A stretch of 64,000 nucleotides of DNA from Bacillota bacterium (GCA_023435925.1 JAEZLF010000152.1:5589-69588); one strand, 5' to 3'; shown: positions 11,201 to 20,762, counted from the first letter of the stretch. Notes: generated by a model not told the origin, from the letters alone. Numbers and translations are program-made.

Positions 11201-14200
11201 CTGACACATCGTACAAATCAGTTTAATCTGAGCACGATCAGAAGAAGTGAAGAAGAATTGACTCTTTTATTAGAGAATAAATCCTATACAGGCTTTGTCG
11301 TTGAAGCGTCTGATAGATTTGGGGATTATGGCATCATCGGACTTGTCCTTTTGTATGATGACCGGGAAAAGATCTTCATTGATACATTCCTGATGAGCTG
11401 CAGAATATTTGGCAGAAATGTGGAAAATGTTATGCTCGCAGGAATCGGAAGATTTGCCCGCGAGAGAAAACGAGAGAGGATAGAGGCCGCTTTTGTATCA
11501 ACGGAAAAAAATAAACCCACTTATGAATTTATTATTCTCAATAAGTGGGAACTTCTGATGGAAGCGGATAAGCGGCAGTTGTACTGCATAAAAACAGAAG
11601 AGCTGAAAAAGAAAGTAGAGGGTGTTGAGTTTTATTATAATAAGAAGTTTGCAGATGCTAATGCAGACGGATTATATAAAGGAAATGTGTGTTTGGAACA
11701 CAAGGCAGGAGAGACCGCAAAGACTCATAGCAGCAGCTTCCTGCCGCAATATGATCCGGATTACAATGTGGAATCATATGAGCATATACGTCACAAGGAA
11801 TATATCCTGCCACTCAAATATTTGACGGCAGAAAAACTACTGCAAATTTCTTACGGGTATTGTTCTGATGCGACTTTGTCCGGATTTAATACTACTGAAA
11901 ATGGGAAACAGGAAAAACTCCTGCACATTTGGAAAAGGTTATTAAAAACAGACAAGATTGAGATAGAGGATGATTTTTTTAAGCTTGGTGGTGACTCGTT
12001 GAGTGCTGTTATTCTCCTATCAAACATCAGGAAAGAATTTGGCGTAGAGCTGGCCTTAAAGGATGTTTTCAGATCGGGTACCATTAAAAAGCTTGCACAG
12101 ATTATTGCGGGGTCAAGCAGTAAAAAGGAGGAGCATATAGAACCCGTTGAACCCAAAGCGTATTATGATCTTTCTTCTGCACAGAAAAGAATGTATATAC
12201 TCAATAAGATGGAAGGTCATTCTACAGTATATAATGAATGTCATAGAATTCTCATTGAAGGGAAACTGGATAGAAACAAGTTGGAATCCGCTTTCCAACA
12301 ATTTGTAAACAGACATGAAATTATGAGAACCGGATTTGAGATGATTGAATCGGGACCGGTTCAAATTGTATATGACGATGTAGACTTTAAAATTCCATTT
12401 GCAAAAGTAAAGGAAGAAGACGTACTTAAGGTGACGGATGAATTCATCCAGCCCTTTGATTTACGCAAACCGCCATTAATAAGAGCATCGTTGCTGGAGG
12501 TTGCTAAGGAACGTCATATTCTTTTGTTAGATGTCCATCATATTATTATTGACGGAGCGTCTTTCGGTATATTGATTAAAGAAATTCAGGCTTTATACCG
12601 GGGCAGTGCATTGAGACCGTTGCGAATCCAATATAAGGACTTTGCAAATTGGCAAAATAAATACTTAGTGTCGAATGCAATAAAGAAGCAGGAAGAATAC
12701 TGGAAGCAACAATTTAGCGATGGAATACCGGTGCTGAATATGCCGACAGATCATCCAAGGCCCGCAGTACAAAGCTTTCATGGAAGATGGTACTATTTTA
12801 AACTGGACTCTATTCAAACGGACAGACTAAAAAGCATTTGCGGCATAACAAACACAACACTGTTTATGCTGCTTTATGCTGCTTTTAATGTTTTGTTGCA
12901 CCGATACTCCAGTCAGGAGGATATTGTTGTTGGAATTCCCGTATCCGGCAGAAATCATGAGGATGTAAAAAACATTGCAGGTATGTTTGTCAATACGCTG
13001 CCAATCAGAACGAGTCCTAAAAGTAACTGCAAATTCAGCGAGTATTTAGAGGCAGTAAAAGAAACGATATTAAAGGGACTGGAGAATCAGGATTATCAAT
13101 ATGAAAATTTGGTAGACAAACTCAGCGTACAGAGAGAGCTTAACAGAAATCCGCTGTTTGATATCCTGTTTTCGATGCAGAATACGGATATACCGGATAT
13201 TCAGCTGGATGGCCTTTCTATGAAGCAGTGTAAAGTTGATAGTCACAAATCGAAATTTGATTTATCCCTGCTGGCAGCAGAAAAAAACAATGAATTAGAA
13301 TTTGGATTGGAATATTGCACAGATCTTTTTGAAGAGTATTCTATATTACGACTAAAGGATCATTTTTTGAATATTTTGAAGGACGTGTCAGACAACCTCC
13401 AAAAACCAATATCCGAAATAGAAATATTAAGTGAAGAGGAAAAGAATAAAATCTTATATGAATTTAATAGTACACAGGCGGACTATCCCCGAGATAAGAC
13501 CATACATCAATTGTTTGAAGAACAGGCAGCAAAAACACCGGATGATATTGCTGTTGTATTTGAGAATAAGGAATTGACATACTCCAGGCTTAATACGAGA
13601 GCGAATCAACTTGCAGCATTACTCAGGGATAAAGGTGTAGAACCCGGTGTAATTGTCGGAATTATGGTGAATCGATCATTGGAATTGGTTGTCGGGATTC
13701 TTGCTATCCTAAAAGCAGGTGGAGCCTATCTACCTGTCGATCCCGGTTACCCGGAGGAACGGATCAGATATATGCTTGAGGACAGCGGTATGAAGCTGCT
13801 ACTGACCTCAACTGCTCTTAACAGGCAAGCTTCTTTTGATGATATGATCTATATAAATGAGTGTTTTTCCGGTTTTGATGATGGCGTTTCTTGTTTTAAC
13901 CTCACGAATTTGAATAAATCCAGTGATTTGCTTTATGTAGTATATACTTCTGGTTCTACAGGACAGCCTAAAGGCGTAATGCTCGAGCACAGGAACATGG
14001 CAAACTTAATACATTTTCAGTACACAAAGACAGGGATCAATTTTAAGGAAAGAACCATGCAATTTGCTTCAATGAGCTTTGATGTATGTTCGCAGGAAAT
14101 ATTTTCTGCGCTGCTTACTGGTGGCACATTGGCAATCCTGAGTGATCGGGACAAGAACCGGGTTAACAGTATGTGCGAATTTATTAGGGTACAAAATATT

Positions 14201-15229
14201 AGTGTCATGTTTTTGCCTACTGCATTTTTTAAGTTTTTGGCAAGTCAGAAGGATTATTTGGAGTTGATTCCTGAAAGTGTGAAGCATATTATTGTAGCTG
14301 GAGAAAAACTAACACTAAATGAATATGCCAAGGATTTTTTCAAAAATAGGAATATCAGCCTGCATAATCATTATGGTCCTGCCGAAACCCATGTGGTGAC
14401 AACATATTCTATGGACAAAAACACAATGCTGAAGGATATCCCTTATATAGGGAAGCCCATTTCAAACACACAAATATATATTCTGGATAGCTTGCATCAT
14501 GTACAGCCAATCGGTATTTATGGAGAAATCTATATTGCCGGTGACAACGTAGGCAGAGGATACGCGAATAAGACAGATCTGACAATGAGAAGGTTTAAAA
14601 CCATTGAGATGGGCAAAACAAAAATCAGATGTTATCAAACCGGAGACGTAGGTCGGTGGATACATGACGGTAACATAGAATTTCTCGGCAGGAATGACAA
14701 TCAGGTAAAGATAAGAGGTTACAGGGTTGAACTGGAGGAGGTAGAGAAATGCTTATTAAAGCATGCCGGAATACGGGAATGTGTTGTCATAACGAGAAAG
14801 TTTCCAAACGGAAATACTGATTTGGTGGCATATTTCACTTCGGATGAAGTAGTTGATATCGATTCATTGAAAAGCACCCTAAAAAAGCATTTGCCTATTT
14901 ATATGATTCCGAAGTATTATATGCAAGTAGAAAAAATACAGTTGACGAAGAATGGAAAGGTAAATAAGGACAATTTACCAAATCTGATAATGAGTCCTGC
15001 AAAGAATAATTACACTCCTCCTGCAAGTGAAAAAGAAAAGGAACTTCTCAAAGTTTGGCGGAGTGTACTGGGAATTGACGATCTGAGTATCGAACATAAC
15101 TTTTTTGAAAATGGCGGAGACTCGCTTTTGCTTATTAAGGTTTTATTAGAAGCAGAAAAAAAGGGATATGAAATAACAGTAAAAGATATGTACTTAAAAC
15201 CGAGTGTCAAAGAATTATGCAGATCATAA
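8294..15229 (+). CDS. non-ribosomal peptide synthetase-like megasynthase, C-(A remnant)-FkbH-like-T-C-A-T
   Basis: Motifs in order: HHLIADAWS (C1); SYILDKNLNLMPIGIAGDLFISG...YRTGYKARWYPDGD (A6-A8-like remnant); VLDCDNTLW (HAD-IIIC/FkbH-type); FFKLGGDSLS (T1); HHIIIDGASF (C2). The A domain shows LTYSRLN, YTSGSTGQPKG, NHYGPAET, GEIYIAGDNVGRGY, YQTGDVGRW and GRNDNQVKIRG. T2 is FFENGGDSLL. The start may instead be TTG 8303, behind GAGGTGA. Confidence 0.9.
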   Translation: MIALHNNIDFYPLTHPQKAVWFTEKLHPGTSIGNVAATLRMKGTIDFSVLEKAINLFIKNNDSMRLRIIEIDGEPKQYFSEYQYHTFETIDFSGMDINELYKWDSLQSKTPLELIDSDLFYFVLIKLSDNDNGFYVKCHHLIADAWSMNLLGSRIMHIYYAMKGESEIPELYTPSYTDFMMSEDQYMASNRYIKDQEYWDKIFESFPERTILKADPPEHTSIKARRKTMIAPKKLTARIYQYCYENKTSVFSLFVAALSMYINRVTDKNDIILGTTTLNRLNTKEKETVGMFNNIVPIRIDMNDNMNFRTLIENVSREGLKLLRHQKYPYDYILKSVREKHQITDNIFNIVLIYQNTKLDMDHIKEEFSSRWHFNGYQVDSLHISINDRENEGNLIIDYDYQTDLFHAKEIDFIHQNIINVLWHALDDPAKTVSRLEMLSEKEKCRILREFNKTKIICPDGLETDSSEEYHKAMLRKIPAQTKSYILDKNLNLMPIGIAGDLFISGKSISNDRRKELVFLDGAGLPNPYSDGDRLYRTGYKARWYPDGDILYLGSVVPGNSLKSERIYNKSEIVVDILSTFTAEPVESYIKWWGRQFGYHLKINFAGYNQIFQELLNPESLLSKNNDGINVILIRFEDFIRYENGSDEEKISILEKTQEELKDAFGSFESKASTVVGIFPLAPYLDMSIVLQQKIEKISMDFKRALEKHKNVFILDFCEMQAIYGIHEVFDSLQDKEAHMPFTEEYYAAMGTELARKVCAIRKQTLKVIVLDCDNTLWKGICGEQGALGVHITEPYRQLQQFMLQKYQEGFLLAVCSKNNEKDVLEVFEKNPGMILEKKHFISWKINWKEKSINIKEIAEDLNLGLDSFIFVDDNPLECSKMAESCPEVLTLQLPYVNEYIPLFLKHVWAFDKVRITNEDILRNEMYEAEAKRKTLQNANSTFKQFMHSLHLKVSMRVITDDEIERAAQLTHRTNQFNLSTIRRSEEELTLLLENKSYTGFVVEASDRFGDYGIIGLVLLYDDREKIFIDTFLMSCRIFGRNVENVMLAGIGRFARERKRERIEAAFVSTEKNKPTYEFIILNKWELLMEADKRQLYCIKTEELKKKVEGVEFYYNKKFADANADGLYKGNVCLEHKAGETAKTHSSSFLPQYDPDYNVESYEHIRHKEYILPLKYLTAEKLLQISYGYCSDATLSGFNTTENGKQEKLLHIWKRLLKTDKIEIEDDFFKLGGDSLSAVILLSNIRKEFGVELALKDVFRSGTIKKLAQIIAGSSSKKEEHIEPVEPKAYYDLSSAQKRMYILNKMEGHSTVYNECHRILIEGKLDRNKLESAFQQFVNRHEIMRTGFEMIESGPVQIVYDDVDFKIPFAKVKEEDVLKVTDEFIQPFDLRKPPLIRASLLEVAKERHILLLDVHHIIIDGASFGILIKEIQALYRGSALRPLRIQYKDFANWQNKYLVSNAIKKQEEYWKQQFSDGIPVLNMPTDHPRPAVQSFHGRWYYFKLDSIQTDRLKSICGITNTTLFMLLYAAFNVLLHRYSSQEDIVVGIPVSGRNHEDVKNIAGMFVNTLPIRTSPKSNCKFSEYLEAVKETILKGLENQDYQYENLVDKLSVQRELNRNPLFDILFSMQNTDIPDIQLDGLSMKQCKVDSHKSKFDLSLLAAEKNNELEFGLEYCTDLFEEYSILRLKDHFLNILKDVSDNLQKPISEIEILSEEEKNKILYEFNSTQADYPRDKTIHQLFEEQAAKTPDDIAVVFENKELTYSRLNTRANQLAALLRDKGVEPGVIVGIMVNRSLELVVGILAILKAGGAYLPVDPGYPEERIRYMLEDSGMKLLLTSTALNRQASFDDMIYINECFSGFDDGVSCFNLTNLNKSSDLLYVVYTSGSTGQPKGVMLEHRNMANLIHFQYTKTGINFKERTMQFASMSFDVCSQEIFSALLTGGTLAILSDRDKNRVNSMCEFIRVQNISVMFLPTAFFKFLASQKDYLELIPESVKHIIVAGEKLTLNEYAKDFFKNRNISLHNHYGPAETHVVTTYSMDKNTMLKDIPYIGKPISNTQIYILDSLHHVQPIGIYGEIYIAGDNVGRGYANKTDLTMRRFKTIEMGKTKIRCYQTGDVGRWIHDGNIEFLGRNDNQVKIRGYRVELEEVEKCLLKHAGIRECVVITRKFPNGNTDLVAYFTSDEVVDIDSLKSTLKKHLPIYMIPKYYMQVEKIQLTKNGKVNKDNLPNLIMSPAKNNYTPPASEKEKELLKVWRSVLGIDDLSIEHNFFENGGDSLLLIKVLLEAEKKGYEITVKDMYLKPSVKELCRS

Positions 15230-15247
15230 TTCTTCAGGAGATTAGGA

Positions 15248-17161
15248 ATGACGAATAAAGTATATCTGATTCTGGTTTGTATTACTACCGTTTTACTTGC
15301 TTTACTGGAAGTTTACCTAAATAAAAGTGTGAAAAGTAAAAAAACGATACATGCTTTTTTTGAATATGCAATTCTAAGCATTGGCATTACAAACATTGGC
15401 TATATTTTGATGCTCACGCTGGAGATTTTTTTTCAGTATTATAATACGATTTCTTTTGTATATATCATATTTTTAGGCGCATCTTTTTTTCCTGTGTTTT
15501 TTCTTTTGTTTGGATTGGCTTTTGCAAAACGGGATTTTTCTTTTGAGAGAAAGTATTTGTTTTTATTTGTTATACCGGTGCTAACAAACATTGTTTTATG
15601 GACGAACAGCAGCCATAATCTTTTTTATAAAGAGTACCTTACAAGCTCGGAATACATATATGGACCGTATTTCCTGGTACACATTTTATGGCTATATGGG
15701 TGCGTATTGATTGGGATTGGTAAGCTCTTGTCCTTCTCTATAAAGAATGCAGGTTTCTTTTCCAAGCAGGCTTTGCTTATTATCGCAGGTACTGTACTAC
15801 CTCTCGTTCTTGATGTCGTGTGGATAATGGGAAGCTTTCTTGATATTGAATATTTGAAAATGTTTTCCCAATATGATATTACCCCGATAACTTTTACTTT
15901 TGCAATTATCTGTTATGCACTTGCAATTTTTAAGTTTGATTTTTTAAATGTCGTTCCAATTGCTCTGCAGAGAATAGTGGATATCATATCCGACGGTTTT
16001 ATTGTGATTGATGAAGATTTCAATATTATTGATTATAACGAAACATTTTTAAGTAATTTCAGTAAAATAGCGGATTTTAAGAGGAAAGATAATATCATTG
16101 ATGTATTGGTGGAAAACAATGTACCAGGCATAGATTCAGCGTTGCTCGCCGGTTACTTAAGAAAAGCAGTGGGAAATAAAGAATCTGTGCTGTTTGAAAA
16201 GCAAATAGTATCCAGTGATTTCAATAAATATTTCACAGTTGAAATAACCCCTATTTTTTCTGAAGATAAGAAGAGCTATAATAAGGAAAAGCTTGTAGAG
16301 CGCAAAGGAAAATCCAGTTTGATTGGCATTATCATCCTGCTTAAAGATATTACAGAGCATAAGATGAATCTGAAGGCATTAAAGGAAAACCAGGAAATCC
16401 TCCTCGAACAGGAGCGTCTTGCGTCGCTGGGGCAATTGATCGGTGGAATTGCACATAATCTGAAGACGCCGATCATGTCGATATCCGGAGGTATAGAGGC
16501 ACTTAGGGATCTGACATTCGAATACAGAGATTCAATTGATGATAAAAGTGTTACCGAACAGGATCACAAGGAAATCGCCAGAGAAATGATGTCCTGGTTG
16601 GACAGGATGAAGCCCTATTGCGGGTATATGTCGGATGTGATATCGGCAGTTAAGGGACAAGCTGTTCAGATGAATGCATCTGTAACAAGCAAATTTACAG
16701 TAGATGAACTCATCAAAAGGGTAGATCTGTTGATGAAACATGAACTGAAGAAATACCACTGTATTTTAAAGACTGAAATGAATATTGATAAGAGTACCGA
16801 AATCAAAGGGGAGATTACCAATCTGGTACAGGTTTTCGATAACATCATCATCAATGCCATGCAAGCATACGAAGGCGAAAATGGGTCAATTGACTTGAAA
16901 ATTACACGTAGTGGTGATAATGTTGAATTTATATTTAAAGATCAAGGGAAGGGTATTCCAAAGCAAATTGCGGATAGATTGTTTAAGGAAATGGTTACTA
17001 CGAAAGGCAAAAAAGGTACAGGACTGGGTTTATACATGTCATATTCCACCATTAAAGGCCGATTTGGCGGGAACATGTCTTTTGTATCGAAGGAAGGACA
17101 TGGAACTACCTTTTTTATATCCATACCGTGTATAGCATACAACAGACAGGAGGCAGAATAG
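15248..17161 (+). CDS. sensor histidine kinase with N-terminal polytopic (7TM-type) domain and PAS-like region
   Basis: About 7 hydrophobic helices in the first 240 aa. H-box LGQLIGGIAHNLKTPI. HATPase_c motifs (NLVQVFDNIIINAMQA, DQGKGIP, GTGLGLYMS). AGGAG RBS 18 nt after the NRPS stop. Confidence 0.85.
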   Translation: MTNKVYLILVCITTVLLALLEVYLNKSVKSKKTIHAFFEYAILSIGITNIGYILMLTLEIFFQYYNTISFVYIIFLGASFFPVFFLLFGLAFAKRDFSFERKYLFLFVIPVLTNIVLWTNSSHNLFYKEYLTSSEYIYGPYFLVHILWLYGCVLIGIGKLLSFSIKNAGFFSKQALLIIAGTVLPLVLDVVWIMGSFLDIEYLKMFSQYDITPITFTFAIICYALAIFKFDFLNVVPIALQRIVDIISDGFIVIDEDFNIIDYNETFLSNFSKIADFKRKDNIIDVLVENNVPGIDSALLAGYLRKAVGNKESVLFEKQIVSSDFNKYFTVEITPIFSEDKKSYNKEKLVERKGKSSLIGIIILLKDITEHKMNLKALKENQEILLEQERLASLGQLIGGIAHNLKTPIMSISGGIEALRDLTFEYRDSIDDKSVTEQDHKEIAREMMSWLDRMKPYCGYMSDVISAVKGQAVQMNASVTSKFTVDELIKRVDLLMKHELKKYHCILKTEMNIDKSTEIKGEITNLVQVFDNIIINAMQAYEGENGSIDLKITRSGDNVEFIFKDQGKGIPKQIADRLFKEMVTTKGKKGTGLGLYMSYSTIKGRFGGNMSFVSKEGHGTTFFISIPCIAYNRQEAE

Positions 17162-18670
17162 ATGCGGAGAAAAGCACAAGCAACCAGGTCAAACTACAGA
17201 ATCCTTGTCGTGGACGACGAGATAGGCATTATTGACTCTCTGTCCGTTGTTTTGAAGCGGAGCGGTTATGACTTTACCGGATTGGTGGATCCGCTGGAGG
17301 CTATTGAAAGAGTAAAGACGGAACATTTTGATTTGATGATTCTGGATTTTCTGATGTATCCTATTCATGGCGACAAGGTGGTGCAGACAATCCGGGAGTT
17401 TAATAGTGAATTGTACATTTTACTGCTAACAGGACATAAGGATCTGGCACCGCCTCTTGAAACTATCAAGGCTCTGGATATTCAGGGTTATTGCGAAAAG
17501 AGTGACCGATTTGACCAGCTGTTATTACTTGTAGAATCGGGAATCAAATCCATCTCGCAGATGCGGACTATCAAGAAATTCAGAGACGGTCTTAACAAAA
17601 TACTAGAAGCTGTGCCGAAGATTTATTCGCTCCAGCCTATCGATTCCATATTGCAGGATATACTGTCAGAAATCATGCCTTTGGTGGATAGTGAGAACGC
17701 GTTTATTTTAGTTGATGATACTACGGATATTATTGCCGGTAACAAAAGTATATTTAAAGGTATTGGTAAGTATAAGGCGGAGATTGACTGTTTTATGGAG
17801 ATGCTGAGCCCGAATCTCATGGAACACATCGGATATTCAAGGATATCCCGGCAGGTGGTTAAGCTGGAACAGAGTGTGATATTACCGTTGATCAACGAAT
17901 TTCATCAGACCATTGGCGTTATATTTGTTGAAAGTACAAATATTGAGGATGGCCTGAAGCTGTTGGAGATCTACTCGAATCAGGCGGCATCTTCAATTAA
18001 CAATGCCTTTCTTCATTCACTGGTCAATATGAAAAATGATGAACTCAATAAAACATATGACCTGCTCAAACTTAGATATATGGATACAATTGAAGCATTA
18101 AGGCAGGCCGTTGATGCAAAGGATATTTATACCAGAGGCCATTCTGACCGCGTTGCCTATTATGCCGTCAGAATCGGTGAAGCTGCAGGAATGACAGCAC
18201 ACGAGCTTGAAACTCTCCGAATCAGCGGTGTCTTTCATGATATCGGGAAGATTGGAACAGCGGACGACATTTTACTGAAAACCGACAGGCTTGACGACAG
18301 GGAGCTATTGGAGATACAAAAGCATCCAATTAAGGGAGCTCGAATTTTATCGGCGGTCTCCATGTTTAAGGATGTGGTTCCAATAGTGAAATGTCACCAT
18401 GAAAGAGTGGATGGAACGGGTTACCCGGATGGTTTAAAAAAAGATGAAATACCATTGTCGGCAAGAATTATATCAGTGTCCGATGCATTTGATGCCATGA
18501 TGTCCGACCGGCTTTACCGATCGAAGCTAAATCTTGAAGAAGCGAGGCAGCAGTTGATTAACGGCTCAGGCACACAATTCGATGAGGACATTGTCTCGAT
18601 ATTCATAAAGCTCATCGATGGCACAGGCTTTGGCGAAATGCTGAAGGAAACTGCTGCCACATATGAGTAA
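17162..18670 (+). CDS. response regulator with HD-GYP (c-di-GMP phosphodiesterase-type) output domain
   Basis: REC domain (ILVVDDE, DLMILDFLM), a central GAF-like spacer, and HD-GYP motifs HSDRVAYY, FHDIGKIG, HHERVDGTGYPDGL. The ATG directly abuts the kinase stop codon. Confidence 0.85.
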   Translation: MRRKAQATRSNYRILVVDDEIGIIDSLSVVLKRSGYDFTGLVDPLEAIERVKTEHFDLMILDFLMYPIHGDKVVQTIREFNSELYILLLTGHKDLAPPLETIKALDIQGYCEKSDRFDQLLLLVESGIKSISQMRTIKKFRDGLNKILEAVPKIYSLQPIDSILQDILSEIMPLVDSENAFILVDDTTDIIAGNKSIFKGIGKYKAEIDCFMEMLSPNLMEHIGYSRISRQVVKLEQSVILPLINEFHQTIGVIFVESTNIEDGLKLLEIYSNQAASSINNAFLHSLVNMKNDELNKTYDLLKLRYMDTIEALRQAVDAKDIYTRGHSDRVAYYAVRIGEAAGMTAHELETLRISGVFHDIGKIGTADDILLKTDRLDDRELLEIQKHPIKGARILSAVSMFKDVVPIVKCHHERVDGTGYPDGLKKDEIPLSARIISVSDAFDAMMSDRLYRSKLNLEEARQQLINGSGTQFDEDIVSIFIKLIDGTGFGEMLKETAATYE

Positions 18671-18748
18671 CCATCATCCTCCAGGGAGACTTTTTAGACT
18701 TTCCAGCAGTATTTTCGAAGAGACTTTCCAGCAGCGTTTTCGGAGAGG

Positions 18749-18777
18749 TTGACATTATTTGCTGTATACATTAAAAT
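18749..18777 (+). promoter_or_regulatory. sigma-A-type promoter candidate for typA
   Basis: TTGACA, 17 nt, TAAAAT. Confidence 0.5.
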
Positions 18778-18896
18778 AAAGTGTTGTATTTGGGCGCTAT
18801 TACACGTCTATAATAAAACTAGGGAAAATGCAACTTTATTTTACGTTTATAAGTCAAATAGTATGACTTGTTTATGAGGACTGGAAGGGGAACACA

Positions 18897-20717
18897 GTGG
18901 CAACGAAAAGAGAAGATATCAGAAACATTGCAATTATTGCACATGTAGATCATGGAAAAACAACACTGGTTGACGGAATGCTGCGACAAAGCGGTATTTT
19001 CAGGGAGAACGAGCAGGTACAGGAAAGGGTCATGGATTCCAACGACCTGGAGAGAGAACGAGGCATTACCATACTGGCAAAAAACACAGCAGTGCAGTAC
19101 AAAGGGACGAAAATTAATATCGTGGATACACCTGGACACGCGGATTTCGGCGGTGAGGTTGAGCGTGTTCTAAAGATGGTGGATGGCGTGCTGCTGCTTG
19201 TCGATGCATTTGAGGGTCCGATGCCTCAGACAAGATTTGTTTTGCGCAAAGCTTTGCAACTTAATTTAAAACCCATCGTCGTCGTAAATAAGATTGATAG
19301 ACCGGAGGCAAGGCCGGCTGAAGTTGTTGATGAAGTACTGGAGCTGTTTATTGAATTGGGCGCAGATGATGAGCAGCTGGAATTCCCTGTGATTTATGCC
19401 TCGTCAAGGGACGGATATGCAGTGCAGGATCCGCAGGATGAAAAGAAGAACCTGGAACCGTTGATGGCCTGTATCATGAAGTATGTACCGGCTCCCGCCG
19501 GTGAACCGGATAAACCTCTCCAACTATTGGTTTCCAACATCGACTACGATGAATATGTAGGCCGAATAGCCATCGGACGAATTGACAGGGGCAGTGTTAA
19601 ATCCGGTCAGCAAACCGTTGTTTGTAAAAAAGACGGAAAGATGCAGACAGGGAAAATCAGCAAGCTTTATAAATTCGAAGGGCTCAGAAGAGCTGAGGCA
19701 CCTGAAGCATCTCTTGGAGATATTGTTGCAGTTGCAGGTTTTGCCGAGATCAATATCGGCGAGACGATCTGTGATGTTGACACACCTGAAGCATTGCCTT
19801 TTATCAATATTGATGAACCAACCATTAATATGACCTTCAGCGTAAACAACAGCCCATTGGCAGGCAGAGAAGGCACCTATGTGACCTCAAGACATCTTCG
19901 CGACCGACTTTTCAAGGAGCTTGAGACGAATGTAAGCATGCGGATTGAGGAGACGGAAAGTCCGGATTCGTTCCTTATATCAGGCAGAGGCGAGCTTCAC
20001 CTTTCCATTCTTATTGAGACGATGAGGAGGCAGGGGTATGAGTTCCAGGTATCCAAGCCTAAGGTCATTATGAAGGAAATGGACGGCGTTGAATACGAGC
20101 CCATCGAACTGCTTATGATCGATGTACCTGAGGAATTCATGGGCGTTGTCATGGAAAAGCTGGGCACCCGGAAAGCTGAAATGGTGAATATGCACTCTGC
20201 TACAGAAGGTTACATGAGACTTGAGTTTAAAATTCCGGCCAGAGGCTTGATCGGTTACCGCTCAGAGTTTTTGACGGATACCAAGGGCAATGGTATAATG
20301 AACCATATATTCAATGGACACGAACCCTATAAAGGTGAGATAACAAGCAGAGCAAGGGGTTCGCTGGTTGCCTGGGAAGACGGAGAGGCAGTAACTTACG
20401 GCCTGTACAATGCACAGGAAAGAGGCATTTTATTTATATCTCCCGGTGCCAAGGTCTATGAGGGTATGGTGGTCGGAGAAAATGCCAGAAACGATGATAT
20501 TGTGGTGAATGTCTGCAAGAGAAAGCATGTCACAAATATGAGGGCCTCCGGTTCAGATGAAGCACTGCGGTTGACTCCTCCCAGAAATCTGAGTCTGGAA
20601 CAGGCGTTGGAATTTATTTCAGACGACGAGCTGGTAGAAATTACTCCGAAAACGATGAGAATCCGAAAAAGAATACTGAATACGGAACAAAGGGCAAAGA
20701 TCAGAAGTAAGCAATAA
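18897..20717 (+). CDS. typA: translational GTPase TypA/BipA
   Basis: [33 protein letters not shown] and NKIDR G-motifs. The full-length architecture is EF-G-like. Confidence 0.95.
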   Translation: MATKREDIRNIAIIAHVDHGKTTLVDGMLRQSGIFRENEQVQERVMDSNDLERERGITILAKNTAVQYKGTKINIVDTPGHADFGGEVERVLKMVDGVLLLVDAFEGPMPQTRFVLRKALQLNLKPIVVVNKIDRPEARPAEVVDEVLELFIELGADDEQLEFPVIYASSRDGYAVQDPQDEKKNLEPLMACIMKYVPAPAGEPDKPLQLLVSNIDYDEYVGRIAIGRIDRGSVKSGQQTVVCKKDGKMQTGKISKLYKFEGLRRAEAPEASLGDIVAVAGFAEINIGETICDVDTPEALPFINIDEPTINMTFSVNNSPLAGREGTYVTSRHLRDRLFKELETNVSMRIEETESPDSFLISGRGELHLSILIETMRRQGYEFQVSKPKVIMKEMDGVEYEPIELLMIDVPEEFMGVVMEKLGTRKAEMVNMHSATEGYMRLEFKIPARGLIGYRSEFLTDTKGNGIMNHIFNGHEPYKGEITSRARGSLVAWEDGEAVTYGLYNAQERGILFISPGAKVYEGMVVGENARNDDIVVNVCKRKHVTNMRASGSDEALRLTPPRNLSLEQALEFISDDELVEITPKTMRIRKRILNTEQRAKIRSKQ

Positions 20718-20762
20718 TAGTTATTGCTGTTTTACGGCAAAAAAAGAGCGGGTGGTGACTCT

